Assembly: GCF_000143415.4 (NCBI RefSeq)
Contig: NW_003314312.1
Location: forward strand, 1,251,262 to 1,315,261
Direction of reading: 5' to 3'
Length of the DNA: 64,000 bases
Source of the DNA: Selaginella moellendorffii
Lineage: Eukaryota; Plantae; Lycopodiophyta
The notes under the pieces are model-generated. The model ran no database searches. It saw only the letters and a list, made by a program, of their open reading frames with translations, and had not been told where the DNA came from. A program made the position numbers and the translations under genes. Of the stretch, positions 62,455 to 64,000 are shown one piece after another. Each line of letters starts with the position of its first letter. Position 1 is the stretch's first letter.

Positions 62455-64000
62455 CTACTTTAGTCACTTAACCACATCTCCGACCACTTGAAGGATTCTC
62501 ATTCACAACCTCTATAAGTCCAATTCAGAACTTGGGACTTGCCAACCCCAAGAATGGCATCCATGCCACTCAACCTTTGCACTTGGTCCAAGTGCTCCAC
62601 ATGTTCAATCCCATGATCGGCCCTCCAAGGTACCACCGACATATTAGCCCGTTACGCTAAGGCCATGGCCATTCACCTTGGTCATACCAATGGTCCAACA
62701 CCACCTACATCGGAGTCCTATCTCTCAAAGACTGGGTCATCTGTCCATGAGTGATCATCCCAGATCCACTCCTTAGCATCCTTAGGACACTCGCAGACAT
62801 GGGGAATAACCTTCCCCAATATCTCTTTTCCGGTCTTCACCAAGTCCTTTTTTATCCATGGCCGTGATCGCCAACACTGCCACTGGATCAAGGCCTATAG
62901 GCCTGACCACTAAATCTCACTGTCTTTTAGGACTTCCTCACCATGTGACTGTATCCTTGGTCACCACACCAAAGGACTACTCCTCTTCCTTTCCATAGTC
63001 TAGGACTTTGGGACAACATTTCGGAACACCGTGGCCCTATACGGGCCTCATGGATACTCTCCTTGCCTTCTGCCTTTGGGTGCTCTAGCCATGGGCTTAA
63101 AGCGAGGTTCCATTGAGCCACACTAGGTATCCAAGTATGTTGTGCCACCCACACTTGGATTGGGAGCATCGACCATTCGATCTCCCGGAGGAACTAGAGC
63201 CGGCTCTTAAACACTTCACCAAGCTAGCCCGCTTGTCAGTCCATATTCACTCTAGCCTTGAACTTCTCAGTGGTTATCTCATCACCTAGCACCTGGGCAC
63301 AACCTTCCTGGGCCAAATTGGCCTTTCCTGGCCAAACTAATTCCACTGGGATCCAACCCTCACACTCTCCCTACTATACTTTTGGAACCCCCTACACGGG
63401 GGACAATTGCTTTGGGCTTTCACCAAACTGCGTGTATTAGTATTCAGACTCGAACTTGGACTCAGACTTGGTCTTGATCTCGGTCTCGGACTTGATCTTG
63501 GTCTTGGTCTTGGTCTTGGTCTCGATCTCGATCCCAGTTCCATCTCAGACTCCATCTTGGGTCCATCTCAGACTCCATCTCATATCCATCTCGGACTCCA
63601 TCTCTGGTCTATCTCAGACTCCATCTCAGGTCCATCTTGAGTCCATCTCGGACTCCATTTCGAGTTCATCTTGGACTCCATCTCGGACTCCATCTCGGAC
63701 TCCATCTCAGACTCCATCTTAGGTCCATCTCAGACTCCATCTCGGGTCCATCTCAGACTCCATCTCGGACTCCATCTCATGTCCATCTTGGACTTCAACT
63801 CGGACTCCATCTTGGGTCCATCTCGGGTCCATCTCAGACTCCATCTCGGGTCCATCTCAGACTCCATCTCGGGTCCATCTCAGACTCCATCTCGGGTCCA
63901 TCTCAAACTCCATCTTGGGTCCATTTCAGACTCCATCTCGGGTCCATATCAGGTCCATCTCAAACTCCTTCTTGGACTCCATCTCGGACACTTCCACGTG
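62455..64000 (-). mobile_element. Family-B LTR-like repeat, running off the window
   Basis: Reverse-complement similarity to ~59077-60445, including the tandem array. Confidence 0.8.

Overview
Repeat-rich land-plant genomic DNA. The (CCCTAAA)n motifs, 40-60 nt GT-AG introns and plant P450/GH1 fragments fit a compact-intron lineage such as a lycophyte (inference). Positions 1-31 kb are a nested stack whose junctions can be read directly: a copia remnant holds an old gypsy element (488-30918), which holds a full-length L1-like LINE (2031-30134, 16-bp TSD). The LINE holds (a) a >12-kb TIR DNA transposon (4341-16560; 24-bp TIRs, 4-bp TSD) and (b) a chromovirus-type Ty3/gypsy element (16914-24433). 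The DNA transposon carries a Sola-like DDE transposase and a divergently oriented ~1640-aa, 10-intron cargo gene (ParB/Srx-like domain + degenerate beta-class amino-DNA-methyltransferase fold + acidic linker + FCP1-like HAD domain). It also carries more than 20 dispersed copies of a 22-bp palindrome and a ~190-bp hairpin. A second, truncated copy lies at 48949-58628. The chromovirus family has two frame-restoring spliceosomal introns inside its integrase, retained wherever the region survives. 31-36 kb holds decayed SDR, P450, GH1, LRR and fungal-type FAD-oxidase sequences. 36-49 kb holds rearranged gypsy copies. 60.7-61.5 kb holds an intron-containing fragment of a beta-class N4C/N6A DNA methyltransferase. 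All domain calls come from motifs recognised by eye; no database search was run.
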